Source of the DNA: Eubacteriales bacterium
Lineage (GTDB): Bacteria; Bacillota; Clostridia; Oscillospirales; CAG-382
NCBI GenBank assembly: GCA_045589515.1
Contig: JAZNPH010000050.1
Span: 137,668-201,667, forward strand
Direction: 5' to 3'
DNA: 64,000 nt
A model generated the notes under the pieces. That model was not told the DNA's origin and searched no databases. It saw only the letters and a list, made by a program, of their open reading frames with translations. Position numbers and translations under genes: made by a program. Of the stretch, positions 26,280 to 35,307 are shown in pieces (position 1 is the stretch's first letter; each line of letters begins with the position of its first letter).

Positions 26280-27611
26280 ATGAACGATTTTAAGAACGAC
26301 CGTGACGATCAGAATACGGAGTTGACCCCCGAAGGCAACCAGACTCCCCATCAAACTCCTCCCGCCTACGTTTGGGACGGCAAGCAGGGCGGCAACCGCC
26401 GCAGAGGGAAAAAGCCCTTTATGTTCTTTGTGGTAGCCGTGGTGTGCTTGGCGTTGACGGCGGCCATCTGCATTCCCACCGTCCTGTACGCATTGGACGA
26501 TAGTCACATTGCAGACGGTTCGGCGGATTCTTCCGTGGGCGGTACCTCCGAAGGAGAGCAGTCCCGCGAGGAGACCTCCTTTGACGTCAGCGAAACGGTG
26601 ACCATCACCGACACCCCCTTCTTGGAGGAAAACGCGCTGACCCGGGTGTACAAAAAGTGCCAGGGCTCTTGCGCTACTATTTACGTAGAGATCGGCACCA
26701 CCGGCTATTCCATCGGCAGCGGCTTTGTCCTCAGCGAGGACGGCTATTTGGCAACCAACCAGCACGTTGTGGACGACGGCACCAAGGTAACGGTGATCTT
26801 CTATGACGGCACCGAGTATGAGGCACAGGTGGTAGGGGAAGACCCCATCCGCGACCTTGCGGTGTTGAAGATCGACGCCAAGGACCTCACTCCCTTGGAG
26901 CTGGGGGATTCCGACTCTCTTTCCGTGGGGCAGACCACCATCGCCATCGGCACTCCCTACGATCAGGAGCTGGCAGGCACCATGACCATGGGTATCATCA
27001 GCGGTCTGAACCGCGGGATTACCATCGAAAACGATGCGGGCGTGGTCACCAAGACCATGCATCTCATCCAGACGGATACCCCCATCAACCCCGGTAACAG
27101 CGGCGGCCCGCTGATCAACATGGCCGGCCAGGTGGTCGGTATCAACTCCCTGAAGCTGATCAATGAATACGAGGGCATCGGCTTCGCCATTCCCATCAAC
27201 TCCGCCGTGGAGATCTTCAACCAGCTCATTCAGTACGGTGAGGTGGTACAGGATCCCGAAAACGATTTCGTTATCGAAAATCCCCGCCTTGGCGTACAGG
27301 TATACGAGCTGGAGGCAGGCCTTGAGGCCTTCCGCATCAAGCCTCGCTGCGAGTATCCCAAGGAGGGCGTTCTGGTGGCTTCCGTAGAGCCCCACACTGC
27401 CGTCTACGCCGCAGGTCTGGAGCTGTACGACATCATCACCGACTTCAACGGCACTCCCATCAAGGGTCTGCAGGATCTTACCAATGCCTTGAAGCAGTAC
27501 CGCGCAGGAGATGAGGTGACCATCACCGTGTTCTCCTTCTCCCGCAACTTCTCTGAGGGCGAATACAAGACCTTGAAATTCATTTTGGATTCCGCTGAGG
27601 CCATCGGCTAA
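26280..27611 (+). CDS. HtrA/DegP-family trypsin-like serine protease with a PDZ domain
   Basis: ...GSGFVLSEDGYLATNQHVV..., ...TDTPINPGNSGGPLIN..., an N-terminal TM segment and a C-terminal PDZ-like region. Confidence 0.85.
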   Translation: MNDFKNDRDDQNTELTPEGNQTPHQTPPAYVWDGKQGGNRRRGKKPFMFFVVAVVCLALTAAICIPTVLYALDDSHIADGSADSSVGGTSEGEQSREETSFDVSETVTITDTPFLEENALTRVYKKCQGSCATIYVEIGTTGYSIGSGFVLSEDGYLATNQHVVDDGTKVTVIFYDGTEYEAQVVGEDPIRDLAVLKIDAKDLTPLELGDSDSLSVGQTTIAIGTPYDQELAGTMTMGIISGLNRGITIENDAGVVTKTMHLIQTDTPINPGNSGGPLINMAGQVVGINSLKLINEYEGIGFAIPINSAVEIFNQLIQYGEVVQDPENDFVIENPRLGVQVYELEAGLEAFRIKPRCEYPKEGVLVASVEPHTAVYAAGLELYDIITDFNGTPIKGLQDLTNALKQYRAGDEVTITVFSFSRNFSEGEYKTLKFILDSAEAIG

Positions 27612-27618
27612 AAATCAA

Positions 27619-27653
27619 ACGGATCACCTTTTTGTGGGTGATCCGTTTTTTTA
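27619..27653. terminator. Bidirectional terminator between convergent genes
   Basis: ACGGATCACC/GGTGATCCGT 10-bp stem followed by TTTTTTT. Confidence 0.7.
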
Positions 27654-28385
27654 TCCAAACCTTCTTCTCCCCAAAAGGGCGAAGGTACCTACTGCGGAGA
27701 TTCCGCAGAGCAACACGAAAAGCAATAGGTTGCTGTCCCCCGTCTGGGGCGCGGAGGTATCCCCATGAGGCGGTGCAGAGGATCTGCCTGTATTCTCCTC
27801 CGAAGGCGGGGGAGAGACGGTCACGGGGTTTCGCCCCTGCAACACGGAGATCTCGTCTAAGAACGTCCAGGCTGCGTTTTCTTCCGGGGTGATTACCACC
27901 TTCAAGAACTGCCCCGATTGCTCTTCAAGAGCATTCAAAGCAACCACACCCGCCTTTTCCGAGGTGGCGGCGGGGGAAAGCTCTCCCAAAAAGAGAAACT
28001 CTCCCTCCTCCGTGTCCCCCAGATAGAAGGCGATCCTTGCGGGGGCGTGGATCCCCACCTCTTCCTCTCGAAGGTAACTGACCTCGAAGGTCCAAAGCTC
28101 CGAATAAGGTTCCCCCAAGTCCAAAACCACGGTGATCTCTTCACTACCCCGAAATCCCACGTATTCGCTGTCCCGATAGTAATAATTCACCGTGCCGTTT
28201 TCCACGGGAGTGCCGTACTTGCCGTTGGTCAGCTCAAAGCCCTCGTCGGGATACCCTTGGGAAGCCCCCGGGGAAAGGGTGTACCCCTTGTGCAGGGACA
28301 CCACGTTCTGCGCCGCAGAAACGGAAAGCATCCCCACCAAAGAAAACAAAAACAAAAAGATACAAAAAGCCCGCTTCATTGCCAT
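27651..28385 (-). CDS. Secreted discoidin-like protein with a sortase sorting signal (APQTG + TM + RRR)
   Basis: Signal peptide, and C-terminus ...SAPQTGDSNLLLFVLLCGISAVGTFALLGRRRFG. This resembles the (S/P)PxTG signals used by clostridial class B sortases. Confidence 0.65.
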   Translation of the reverse strand: MAMKRAFCIFLFLFSLVGMLSVSAAQNVVSLHKGYTLSPGASQGYPDEGFELTNGKYGTPVENGTVNYYYRDSEYVGFRGSEEITVVLDLGEPYSELWTFEVSYLREEEVGIHAPARIAFYLGDTEEGEFLFLGELSPAATSEKAGVVALNALEEQSGQFLKVVITPEENAAWTFLDEISVLQGRNPVTVSPPPSEENTGRSSAPPHGDTSAPQTGDSNLLLFVLLCGISAVGTFALLGRRRFG

Positions 28386-28588
28386 TCTCCGATCCTGTTC
28401 ACCACGCTTTGCATTTCTTCCTTGCTCCTGGCGTGGCGGGCATCAAAGAGAAACCGTTGCCGCTGTCGCTCGTCCATCTTACCGAACTTCTTCAGCGCCA
28501 GATCGTTTTGCGCCAAGGCCATGCCGAACCCCAAGGGAAGCTCCTCGTCGGACACTCCCGGCAGGGTGTTTTTTTGATAACGCTCCAT
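28376..28588 (-). CDS. Small hypothetical protein, start uncertain
   Basis: 70 aa starting MERYQKNTLPGVSDEELPLGFGMALAQNDLALKKFGKM..., with AGGA 8 nt upstream. It overlaps the downstream gene start by 10 nt. Alternative starts are at 28597 and 28639. Confidence 0.45.
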   Translation of the reverse strand: MERYQKNTLPGVSDEELPLGFGMALAQNDLALKKFGKMDERQRQRFLFDARHARSKEEMQSVVNRIGEWQ

Positions 28589-28730
28589 AAAGCCCATCCT
28601 TTTTTTGTTTTTAGTGTTCCGAGCAGGCAGTTTTTCCATACCTTTGCCCCTCTGGAAAAATATGGACTTGACATTCTTTTCGAAATGTTGTAAATTGTAA
28701 AAAAGACCGTTTGTGAAAGGAGCCCCCTTG

Positions 28731-29927
28731 ATGAAAAAACACCTTCTTTTGCTTTTGACCCTCGTTCTGCTGTTGGCGGCCTGCACGGCGCAGGAAACAC
28801 CCCAGACCTCATCCTCTCCGGAAAGCTCTCTTCCCGAAAGCAGTTCTCTCGCCGAGCAGAGTGCTGTGGAAACCTCCTCCGAAGAAGAACCGTCTGCAGA
28901 ATCATCCCTTCCCACCGAAGAAGATCCCCCCGAGGAGGTACCTCCCTTGACCATGACCCAGGTTTCCACCGTCACAGATAATTTCCTGAACGTTACGCTT
29001 TTTCAGGAATTCCTTGCGGGGGGCGAAAAATACGCTCTGATCCCCGGACTGAAGGAAGGCATCGTGCCCCAGGGCATGGGCCGCCATCCCGTGACGGGGT
29101 ACGTGTACATCTCCGCTTACTTCACCACAAGCGATACTCCCTCCGTGATCCTTGTGCTGGACGAGCAGGGGAGCTTCGTGGCGGAATACCATATGTACAA
29201 AGAAGACGGCAACCCTTATACCGGCCACATGGGCGGCGTTTGCGTCACGGAGGAGTATCTCTATTTCTCCGGCCCCGGTGTGGGAGACTATTACGGCATC
29301 GGCGAGCTTGCTCTGGCGGATCTCCCGAAAAAGGGCGCCCACGACGTGACCTTTACCTCCGTGGTTCCTCTGCCCATCCACGCCAGCTATCTGTTTTATG
29401 ACCAAGGCAACCTTTGGGTAGGCACCTTCTACCTCAGCGGCTCCTACGACATGGGCAAGTATTTCAACCGGAAGGTGAAGAACTCCGCAGGCGCATCCTA
29501 CGGCGGATTTGCCGCCATGTTCCCCGTGGACGAAAACGGCCGCCTCACCGTTCCCGAAGGGAGCGACTACGCCGTTCCCACCCTGACTTTGGCCACCGTG
29601 GACAAGGTGCAGGGCTTTACCTGTCGGGACGGCAAGGTGACGCTGAGCATCTCCTACGGCAGAAACAACAACTCCACCCTGGATTTCTATTCTATTGATC
29701 CCGCAAATGCAACCGCAACCTACACCGCCGACAGCAAGACCTACCCCATGATCGTGCTGGATGATACCAACCGCGTCAAGAAGGTCATCACCATGGGCAT
29801 GACGGAGGGCATCACCCTGGATGAAAAGGGCAACGTGCTGATCCTCTTTGAATCCGGTGCCCAGAAGTATTACAACTCCAAAAACCCCACCGACTGCGTC
29901 TGGCGCTTCCCCTTCCCGGAGGAATAA
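28731..29927 (+). CDS. Lipoprotein, hypothetical
   Basis: MKKHLLLLLTLVLLLAAC lipobox, a Ser/Glu-rich linker, then a ~300-aa domain of unrecognised family. Confidence 0.65.
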   Translation: MKKHLLLLLTLVLLLAACTAQETPQTSSSPESSLPESSSLAEQSAVETSSEEEPSAESSLPTEEDPPEEVPPLTMTQVSTVTDNFLNVTLFQEFLAGGEKYALIPGLKEGIVPQGMGRHPVTGYVYISAYFTTSDTPSVILVLDEQGSFVAEYHMYKEDGNPYTGHMGGVCVTEEYLYFSGPGVGDYYGIGELALADLPKKGAHDVTFTSVVPLPIHASYLFYDQGNLWVGTFYLSGSYDMGKYFNRKVKNSAGASYGGFAAMFPVDENGRLTVPEGSDYAVPTLTLATVDKVQGFTCRDGKVTLSISYGRNNNSTLDFYSIDPANATATYTADSKTYPMIVLDDTNRVKKVITMGMTEGITLDEKGNVLILFESGAQKYYNSKNPTDCVWRFPFPEE

Positions 29928-29955
29928 AAGCGCTGTATACCGTTGGTTGAACACC

Positions 29956-29984
29956 TTGAAAACCGCAAGGATCTATGGTATACT
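29956..29984 (+). promoter_or_regulatory. Sigma-A-type promoter
   Basis: TTGAAA-17 nt-TATACT with a TGn extended -10, upstream of the 30011 gene. Confidence 0.5.
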
Positions 29985-30010
29985 GCTTTTGACAGGAAAG
30001 GCGGTGTAGT

Positions 30011-30484
30011 ATGAAATTTTCTGCAAACGATCTGTATCTGAGCTATGGTGAAAATCCCCAAGTGAGTCTGCATGACTGTGAGTTTACTGTCAAACGGGAT
30101 GGGGAGGATCTTGTTTTTGATTTCCCGGAAGGCTTTATCTTCGGGAAAGACGGCGCCTTCTACCGTTGCGCCCATGGAACAATCCGCGCAGTGAAAGTGG
30201 GAGAAGAGGACGTGCAGATCTTCGCCATCCGCTGCAAATGGAAGCGGAAAAGATATTGTAAGAAATCGGTTACCATTTCTTTGGAAGAACTGTTGGAGGC
30301 AATGGGAAGTTACCCTTTGGAGAATTATCGGGAATTCTATTCGTCCCATGAATTTTTCTGGAGCTGTTCTCTGTGGAACATTCCCAAGTATAGAAAGAAA
30401 TTGGGAGACGATCTTGAACTCCAAGTCTATTACGACCACTTAGAATACGAGATCTCCGATGAATACAGCCCCTACGAGGGGTGA
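30011..30484 (+). CDS. Hypothetical protein
   Basis: 157-aa ORF with an RBS (GGAAAGG) and a consensus promoter upstream. AT-richer than its surroundings. Confidence 0.5.
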   Translation: MKFSANDLYLSYGENPQVSLHDCEFTVKRDGEDLVFDFPEGFIFGKDGAFYRCAHGTIRAVKVGEEDVQIFAIRCKWKRKRYCKKSVTISLEELLEAMGSYPLENYREFYSSHEFFWSCSLWNIPKYRKKLGDDLELQVYYDHLEYEISDEYSPYEG

Positions 30485-30559
30485 CTGAAATGGGTTGAGC
30501 CTTTGGCTTGACCCTTTTTGTGTAGGTGACAGCGTAAACCGATCGTTACAATGACTATC

Positions 30560-30601
30560 CCGAAAACGACAGTTTTCGGCAGTAAAAGTTCTTTGAAGTT
30601 T
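30560..30601 (-). repeat. Partial inverted copy of the dispersed multi-hairpin element (hairpin 2 plus linker)
   Basis: CCGAAAACGACAGTTTTCGG (30560-30579) is the exact reverse complement of 35192-35211. The adjacent ...GTTCTTTGAAGTTT resembles the reverse complement of the AAACTCCAAAGAAAC linker. Confidence 0.6.
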
Positions 30602-30699
30602 AAGCATACCTAAATACAAAAAATATGATAAAATCACTGTGAGAAAACAAACTCTTTTTCGTCTAAAGAGTGAAAGCCAAGGAAAGGAGGGCACCGCCC

Positions 30700-31248
30700 A
30701 TGGATCACGGCGCAAGTAGCTACCGCCGTTTTCTGCAGGGGGATGACAGCGGGTTCGAGGAGCTCGTCCGCACCTATAGCGACGGGTTGATCCTGTACCT
30801 GTACGGATACGTTTCCGATTTCCACCTGGCAGAAGATCTTTGCGAGGATACCTTTTTCCGCCTGCTGATAAAAAAGCCCCGCTTTGACGGGCGTTCCTCC
30901 TTCAAGAGCTGGCTGTATACCATCGGGAAGAACCTGGCAACAGATCACCTCCGCCGTGCAAAAAAATACCAAACGGCAGAGTATGAGGGGGATTACCCCG
31001 ACGGAGACACCCCGGAACGGAAGCTTCTCAAGGAGGAGCAACGGGTACAGCTTTACCGCGCCCTGCAAACCCTGAAAACGGAATACAGATGCGCACTGTA
31101 TCTCCTGTATTTCGAGGGCTTTGACATGGAGCAGACCGCCAAACACTTAGGGAAGACCAAGCACCAAACGGAGACCCTGGTGTGGCGGGCTAAGAATGCA
31201 TTGAAAGGGAAATTGGAAGAGGAAGGGTTTGTATATGAAGAGCCATGA
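30700..31248 (+). CDS. ECF-type RNA polymerase sigma-70 family factor
   Basis: Region 2 (...LVRTYSDGLILYLYGYVSDFHLAEDLCEDTFFRL...) and region 4 (...CALYLLYFEGFDMEQTAKHLGKTKHQTETLVWRAKNAL...). Confidence 0.85.
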   Translation: MDHGASSYRRFLQGDDSGFEELVRTYSDGLILYLYGYVSDFHLAEDLCEDTFFRLLIKKPRFDGRSSFKSWLYTIGKNLATDHLRRAKKYQTAEYEGDYPDGDTPERKLLKEEQRVQLYRALQTLKTEYRCALYLLYFEGFDMEQTAKHLGKTKHQTETLVWRAKNALKGKLEEEGFVYEEP

Positions 31249-32071
31249 GGAAATGATCCAAAGCCTTTACGCACGGCGGGAGGCTTACGAAAGGAAGAAA
31301 CTGAAACGAAAAAGAGCCACGATACGGGTCACGGGCATTGCCGCCTGCTTCGTGCTTTGCACCGCCGTCCTTTTGGGAAGCTACGGACAAAGCGAGCCTC
31401 CCGTAACCCCAGCCGTTTCGGAGGAACCGGAGCAGAGCTTGCATAGTGAAAGCAGCGCGGGGGACTCCTTTACGGAGGAAAGCAGCGAAGAACCCGACCG
31501 GCCTTCTCTCCCGCCCGAGGAGAGCAGTGAAGATCCCGATAACCCTTCCCTTCCTCCCGAAGAGAGTGAACGAACGCCCATTTACAGTGAGATCCGCAAG
31601 GTGGAACGGGACGTTCCGGCTTTGGAAGGAGATATCGTGGACGGAATTTTAGGTGGAGGCATATTTGTCGAGGAGAGTGTGAATAGCACCACCTTTGGGC
31701 AAGCGTTGACTTTGAAAATGATGCTCAAATCCGACGACCAGGCCTATCTGTTCAACGTAGTGGTGTATATGAAAGTCGTAGGCGAAGGGGACGGCGATGG
31801 CATGCTGTCCGACGCTTGTGCTATGATCACACAAGATGAAACTGCGGGAATCTCCACGGGAGATTGGCTTCCGGTGGAATGGTTCACAGAAGGAAACGCT
31901 TATTATTGCAGATTGACCGCTCGGGAGTTGTTTGTGCTGAATTCCTATGGAATCACCTGCTTGTACGTAGGCTCTGGAGAAGGCGATCTGAAACAGGCGG
32001 AAACGCAATCGAAAAAAATCGACGCCTATTGCGAATTGTACGGAGATTGCTTGGTGGGTGTCAAAAAGTAG
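31235..32071 (+). CDS. Putative anti-sigma/membrane protein, single-pass
   Basis: It overlaps the sigma gene's 3' end. One TM segment (VTGIAACFVLCTAVLL) follows a short cytoplasmic N-terminus. ATG at 31235; the ORF-track start is TTG. Confidence 0.55.
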   Translation: MKSHEEMIQSLYARREAYERKKLKRKRATIRVTGIAACFVLCTAVLLGSYGQSEPPVTPAVSEEPEQSLHSESSAGDSFTEESSEEPDRPSLPPEESSEDPDNPSLPPEESERTPIYSEIRKVERDVPALEGDIVDGILGGGIFVEESVNSTTFGQALTLKMMLKSDDQAYLFNVVVYMKVVGEGDGDGMLSDACAMITQDETAGISTGDWLPVEWFTEGNAYYCRLTARELFVLNSYGITCLYVGSGEGDLKQAETQSKKIDAYCELYGDCLVGVKK

Positions 32072-32094
32072 ACTTGAGGAAAGGAAGAGAACGA

Positions 32095-33600
32095 ATGAAA
32101 ATCAGAAGATATTTTTGTATGCTGTTGGTCCTGTTCCTGCTTACAGGCTGCGGGACAGAAGCACCGAAGGTGGAAAATACAGGGTCAAAAGCAGAGCCGC
32201 CGCGCGGTGAAAGCGTGGAATTGCATCATGGCCAAAACGAGGAACGTGACGGATCCGGCGAAAGCTCTTTTGAAGGATCCGACGTGAGCGAGGGAAGCGA
32301 TGAAGCACAGCCGGCCGAAGAGCCTCAGCCGGTCAAGCCCGATTGGGATTTTGGTGAAATGCTTCAGCTGACTCCCGGCGAACATAAATATGGCGGCTTT
32401 TATGAGGATTTCGAAAGATTGAAGATCTTATACAGCACCGAGGAACTGGAAGCCTTTGCGGATGATATGGGCTGGAAGGGAGAATGGCTGGACAAATATA
32501 CGGGAATGCTTTCCGGATTTGATGAAGCGTTCTTTGAGACCAATGTGCTGGCAACGGTTTTTGATTGGAGCGGTGCCGGATTCCCCAAATATGGATTTGA
32601 AGGGGTACGCTGGCTTTCGGATAGCGAAAACGGCGAGACCAACGGAGAATTGCTGATACGGGAATACAGGCCGGACGGTTTATTTGCGGATGACATCTAT
32701 CTCGAGTATATGTTCGTGATACCGCTATCCAGGGCAGCGGTGGAGGCTTGCGATCATTTGCAGGTGCGGTATCTGTACGGGAGGCGCCAAGAAGACGGGC
32801 ATCTGCATATTGAACCTGTTGATCCGTTGCTTACTCAGAATGAATCTTCCTACGAAAAGGGAACGCCCGTAGAGGTGACAAGATGGGGAAAGATCTGGGA
32901 AGGAGAGGGAACCTACCGATACGATTTGCGTACCGACGTATTGGCCGATGATGCTCTGGCGGAAGCCTTGATGGTTATGCTGGAGACCCTTGACTATACG
33001 GAGGAAGCTGTTTGCTCCTGCGAAACGGAAATTGATGAAGAGGATCTGTATTTTGGATCCTTCTGCGTCAACGGGGAGTATACTTTTTTCCGTAACATCG
33101 TGCGTTGTTCGCGAGGACAAGTACAATTGACCGGTGATCAGATCAAGCTCATGCATTCCGTTAGAGAGGAATTGAGCAAGATAGAGGTAGGACTCTTTTG
33201 CGCTTACTCCGGTGTGGTGGATTGCTTCTATTTGGGAGAAGAAGATCCCTTCGCGGAGGATGATATGGTTTTGATCGAGGATGCGCGGCAATGGCAGACC
33301 TTTAACCAACAGCTCTATCTGAACGATACGACCCGTTGCTTGAGGCTGTTTGACGATGCGGAAACAGCTTTTGAGACATTGTCATTGTTGGTCTATCGGG
33401 TAGCCACAACGGAAGACGTATCCTATTGGATCAAGCGAAAGATGTGGAACGTAGAGGAAGATACTGTACAAATACAGTTGATGCAGGATGAATCCCGAAA
33501 TCCTACGGGAAATACGGAGATCCGGTACCAGCTGGTTTGTGTTCCTCTGTTCAAATACAACCTGCACGACGGCACGGAAATTACCGTAGAAATCGATTAG
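32095..33600 (+). CDS. Lipoprotein, hypothetical
   Basis: MKIRRYFCMLLVLFLLTGC lipobox. ATG at 32095 follows GGAAAGGAAGAG. The upstream part of the ORF-track call overlaps the previous gene. Confidence 0.65.
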   Translation: MKIRRYFCMLLVLFLLTGCGTEAPKVENTGSKAEPPRGESVELHHGQNEERDGSGESSFEGSDVSEGSDEAQPAEEPQPVKPDWDFGEMLQLTPGEHKYGGFYEDFERLKILYSTEELEAFADDMGWKGEWLDKYTGMLSGFDEAFFETNVLATVFDWSGAGFPKYGFEGVRWLSDSENGETNGELLIREYRPDGLFADDIYLEYMFVIPLSRAAVEACDHLQVRYLYGRRQEDGHLHIEPVDPLLTQNESSYEKGTPVEVTRWGKIWEGEGTYRYDLRTDVLADDALAEALMVMLETLDYTEEAVCSCETEIDEEDLYFGSFCVNGEYTFFRNIVRCSRGQVQLTGDQIKLMHSVREELSKIEVGLFCAYSGVVDCFYLGEEDPFAEDDMVLIEDARQWQTFNQQLYLNDTTRCLRLFDDAETAFETLSLLVYRVATTEDVSYWIKRKMWNVEEDTVQIQLMQDESRNPTGNTEIRYQLVCVPLFKYNLHDGTEITVEID

Positions 33601-33616
33601 AATATCCCTGCCATAC

Positions 33617-33650
33617 AAAAAACGCGGCGTGAGTGATCACGTCGCGTTTT
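33617..33650. terminator. Bidirectional terminator between convergent genes
   Basis: AAAACGCGGCGTGA-GTGA-TCACGTCGCGTTTT extended hairpin. Confidence 0.7.
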
Positions 33651-33662
33651 GCATCTCGTTTT

Positions 33663-34823
33663 TTACTTCAAAGCTACCCGGAGGATGTTCTCCAGCGCGG
33701 CTACCTTTTCCACCACGTCGGCGGAGATCTCGTTGCCGAAATCAAACATAGACACCGCGTAGTTGCCCTTGGATTGGTTTGCCATGGCCTCGATGTTCAC
33801 GCCGATGATGGCAAGAGCACCGGAAATGGCGTTCACCACGCCGGGCACGTTGCGGTGGAGCACCACCAAGCGATGGTCGTGGATGCGGGGCATATGGATC
33901 TCGGGGAAGTTCACGCTGTTCTTGATGTTGCCGTTTTCCAGGAAGTCGATCAGTTCCTCCGCCGCCATCTTGGCACAGTTGTCCTCAGACTCGGGAGTGG
34001 AAGCGCCCAAGTGGGGGATACATACCGCACCCTCCAAGCCCAAAAGCTCTTCCGCAGGGAAGTCGGTGACATAGGAAGCGATCTTGCCGCTCTTCAAGGC
34101 CTCTGCCACGTCGGCAACGTTTGCCAGATCCCCGCGGGAGAGGTTGATGATCCGCACGCCTTCCTTCATCTTGGCGATGTTTTCTTTGTTGATGATGCCC
34201 TTGGTGGTGGGCAGGGCGGGGATGTGGTAGGTGATATAATCCGCATTTGCGTAGATCTCATCGTAATCCGCCGCGGAATGGACGGAGTTCTTCAAGGACC
34301 AGGCCGCCTTGACGGAAAGGAAGGGGTCGCAACCGATGACGTTCATTCCCAGGCTCACCGCCGCGTTGGCAACCATACCGCCGATGGCACCCAAGCCGAT
34401 CACGCCTAAGGTCTTTCCCTTCAGCTCCGGGCCCACGAATTGGGACTTGCCCTTTTCTACCTTCTTGGAGAGCTCGGGGTCACCCTTCAGGGTTCTTGCC
34501 CATTCAATGCCGGCCACTACCTTACGGGAGGCCATCAGCAGTGCCAGAATGGCAAGCTCTTTGACACCGTTTGCGTTGGCGCCGGGTGTGTTGAACACCA
34601 CGATGCCTTCCTCGGCACAGCGCTCCAGGGGGATGTTGTTGACGCCTGCACCTGCGCGGGCGATGGCGGCAAGGGTGGCAGGGAACTGCATATCGTGCAG
34701 TACCGCAGAACGCACCATGATCCCGTCGGGGGATTCCACCTCTGTGCCCACGTTGTACGCGGTCTTGTCAAACACCTCAAGACCTACGTCACTGATCGAA
34801 TTCAAAAGCTGAATGTTTTTCAT
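33663..34823 (-). CDS. serA: D-3-phosphoglycerate dehydrogenase with a C-terminal ACT domain
   Basis: NAD-binding GVIGLGAIGG, catalytic ...LSRG...PHLGAST..., and an ACT-like C-terminus. Downstream of serC. Confidence 0.9.
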   Translation of the reverse strand: MKNIQLLNSISDVGLEVFDKTAYNVGTEVESPDGIMVRSAVLHDMQFPATLAAIARAGAGVNNIPLERCAEEGIVVFNTPGANANGVKELAILALLMASRKVVAGIEWARTLKGDPELSKKVEKGKSQFVGPELKGKTLGVIGLGAIGGMVANAAVSLGMNVIGCDPFLSVKAAWSLKNSVHSAADYDEIYANADYITYHIPALPTTKGIINKENIAKMKEGVRIINLSRGDLANVADVAEALKSGKIASYVTDFPAEELLGLEGAVCIPHLGASTPESEDNCAKMAAEELIDFLENGNIKNSVNFPEIHMPRIHDHRLVVLHRNVPGVVNAISGALAIIGVNIEAMANQSKGNYAVSMFDFGNEISADVVEKVAALENILRVALK

Positions 34824-34845
34824 AATTTTTTACCAATATTTTCGT

Positions 34846-35133
34846 CCCACGCATGGCGACGATCCTTTCTTTAGGTTTATTATGAAATGATTGTTGTAAT
34901 AAACTAATTATATGAAATTGCCGTTTACGGCAATTTCCCCCTGAAAAACGATCCGCTTTTCAGGATTTCCACTGCATGGTAGCAGTCCTTTCTGAGTTTT
35001 ATTATGAATGTTGTTTTAGGATACACTACGCAGATGAAATTGCCACTTGTGGCAATTTCCCCCTGAAAAACGATCCGTTTTTCAGGATTCCCACCTGCAT
35101 GGCGACGATCCTTTCTGTGTATTATTATGAAAT
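34846..35133. repeat. Tandem repeat with an exact 123-bp period, about 2.3 copies, filling the serC-serA spacer
   Basis: The GCATGG anchor recurs at 34851, 34974 and 35097. Each unit carries ATTGCC(N6)GGCAAT and CCTGAAAA(N9)TTTTCAGG hairpins. A compensatory change is seen between units (ATTGCCG..CGGCAAT versus ATTGCCA..TGGCAAT). Confidence 0.8.
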
Positions 35134-35139
35134 TTATTC

Positions 35140-35296
35140 AAGAACCTTTCTTTCGAAAAGAAAGGTTCTTAAACTCCAAAGAAACTGACTTCCGAAAACT
35201 GTCGTTTTCGGTTTTTTATTTATGATCCTCAAAATACCGGGTTCTTAGGGAGCGGGCTCCCTAAGCGGAGATTCTTAAGAGGCGGCGCCTCTTAAG
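35140..35296. repeat. Dispersed four-hairpin intergenic element, copy A
   Basis: Hairpins at 35140-35170, 35192-35211, 35244-35265 and 35274-35296, collinear with 54436-54590. Confidence 0.8.
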
Positions 35297-35307
35297 CCCT
35301 CGTTCCC

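Noticed and set aside
25578-27395. Very long antisense ORFs. Examples: 25578-27395 minus (605 aa), 36441-38357 minus (638 aa), 57067-58887 minus (606 aa), 16409-17635 minus, 9358-10557 minus, 44897-45922 plus, 50861-52210 plus, 52220-53461 plus, 54669-55898 plus, 60687-61910 minus.
   Set aside because: Each lies entirely opposite a gene with clear family motifs. Their translations are Gly/Arg/His/Pro-rich low-complexity sequence with no recognisable domains and no RBS. They are typical shadow ORFs of GC-rich coding DNA.
34846-35133. The tandem repeats as a CRISPR array.
   Set aside because: The units are 123 bp and contiguous, without unique spacers. There is no 24-48-bp repeat/spacer periodicity, and no cas genes are in the window.
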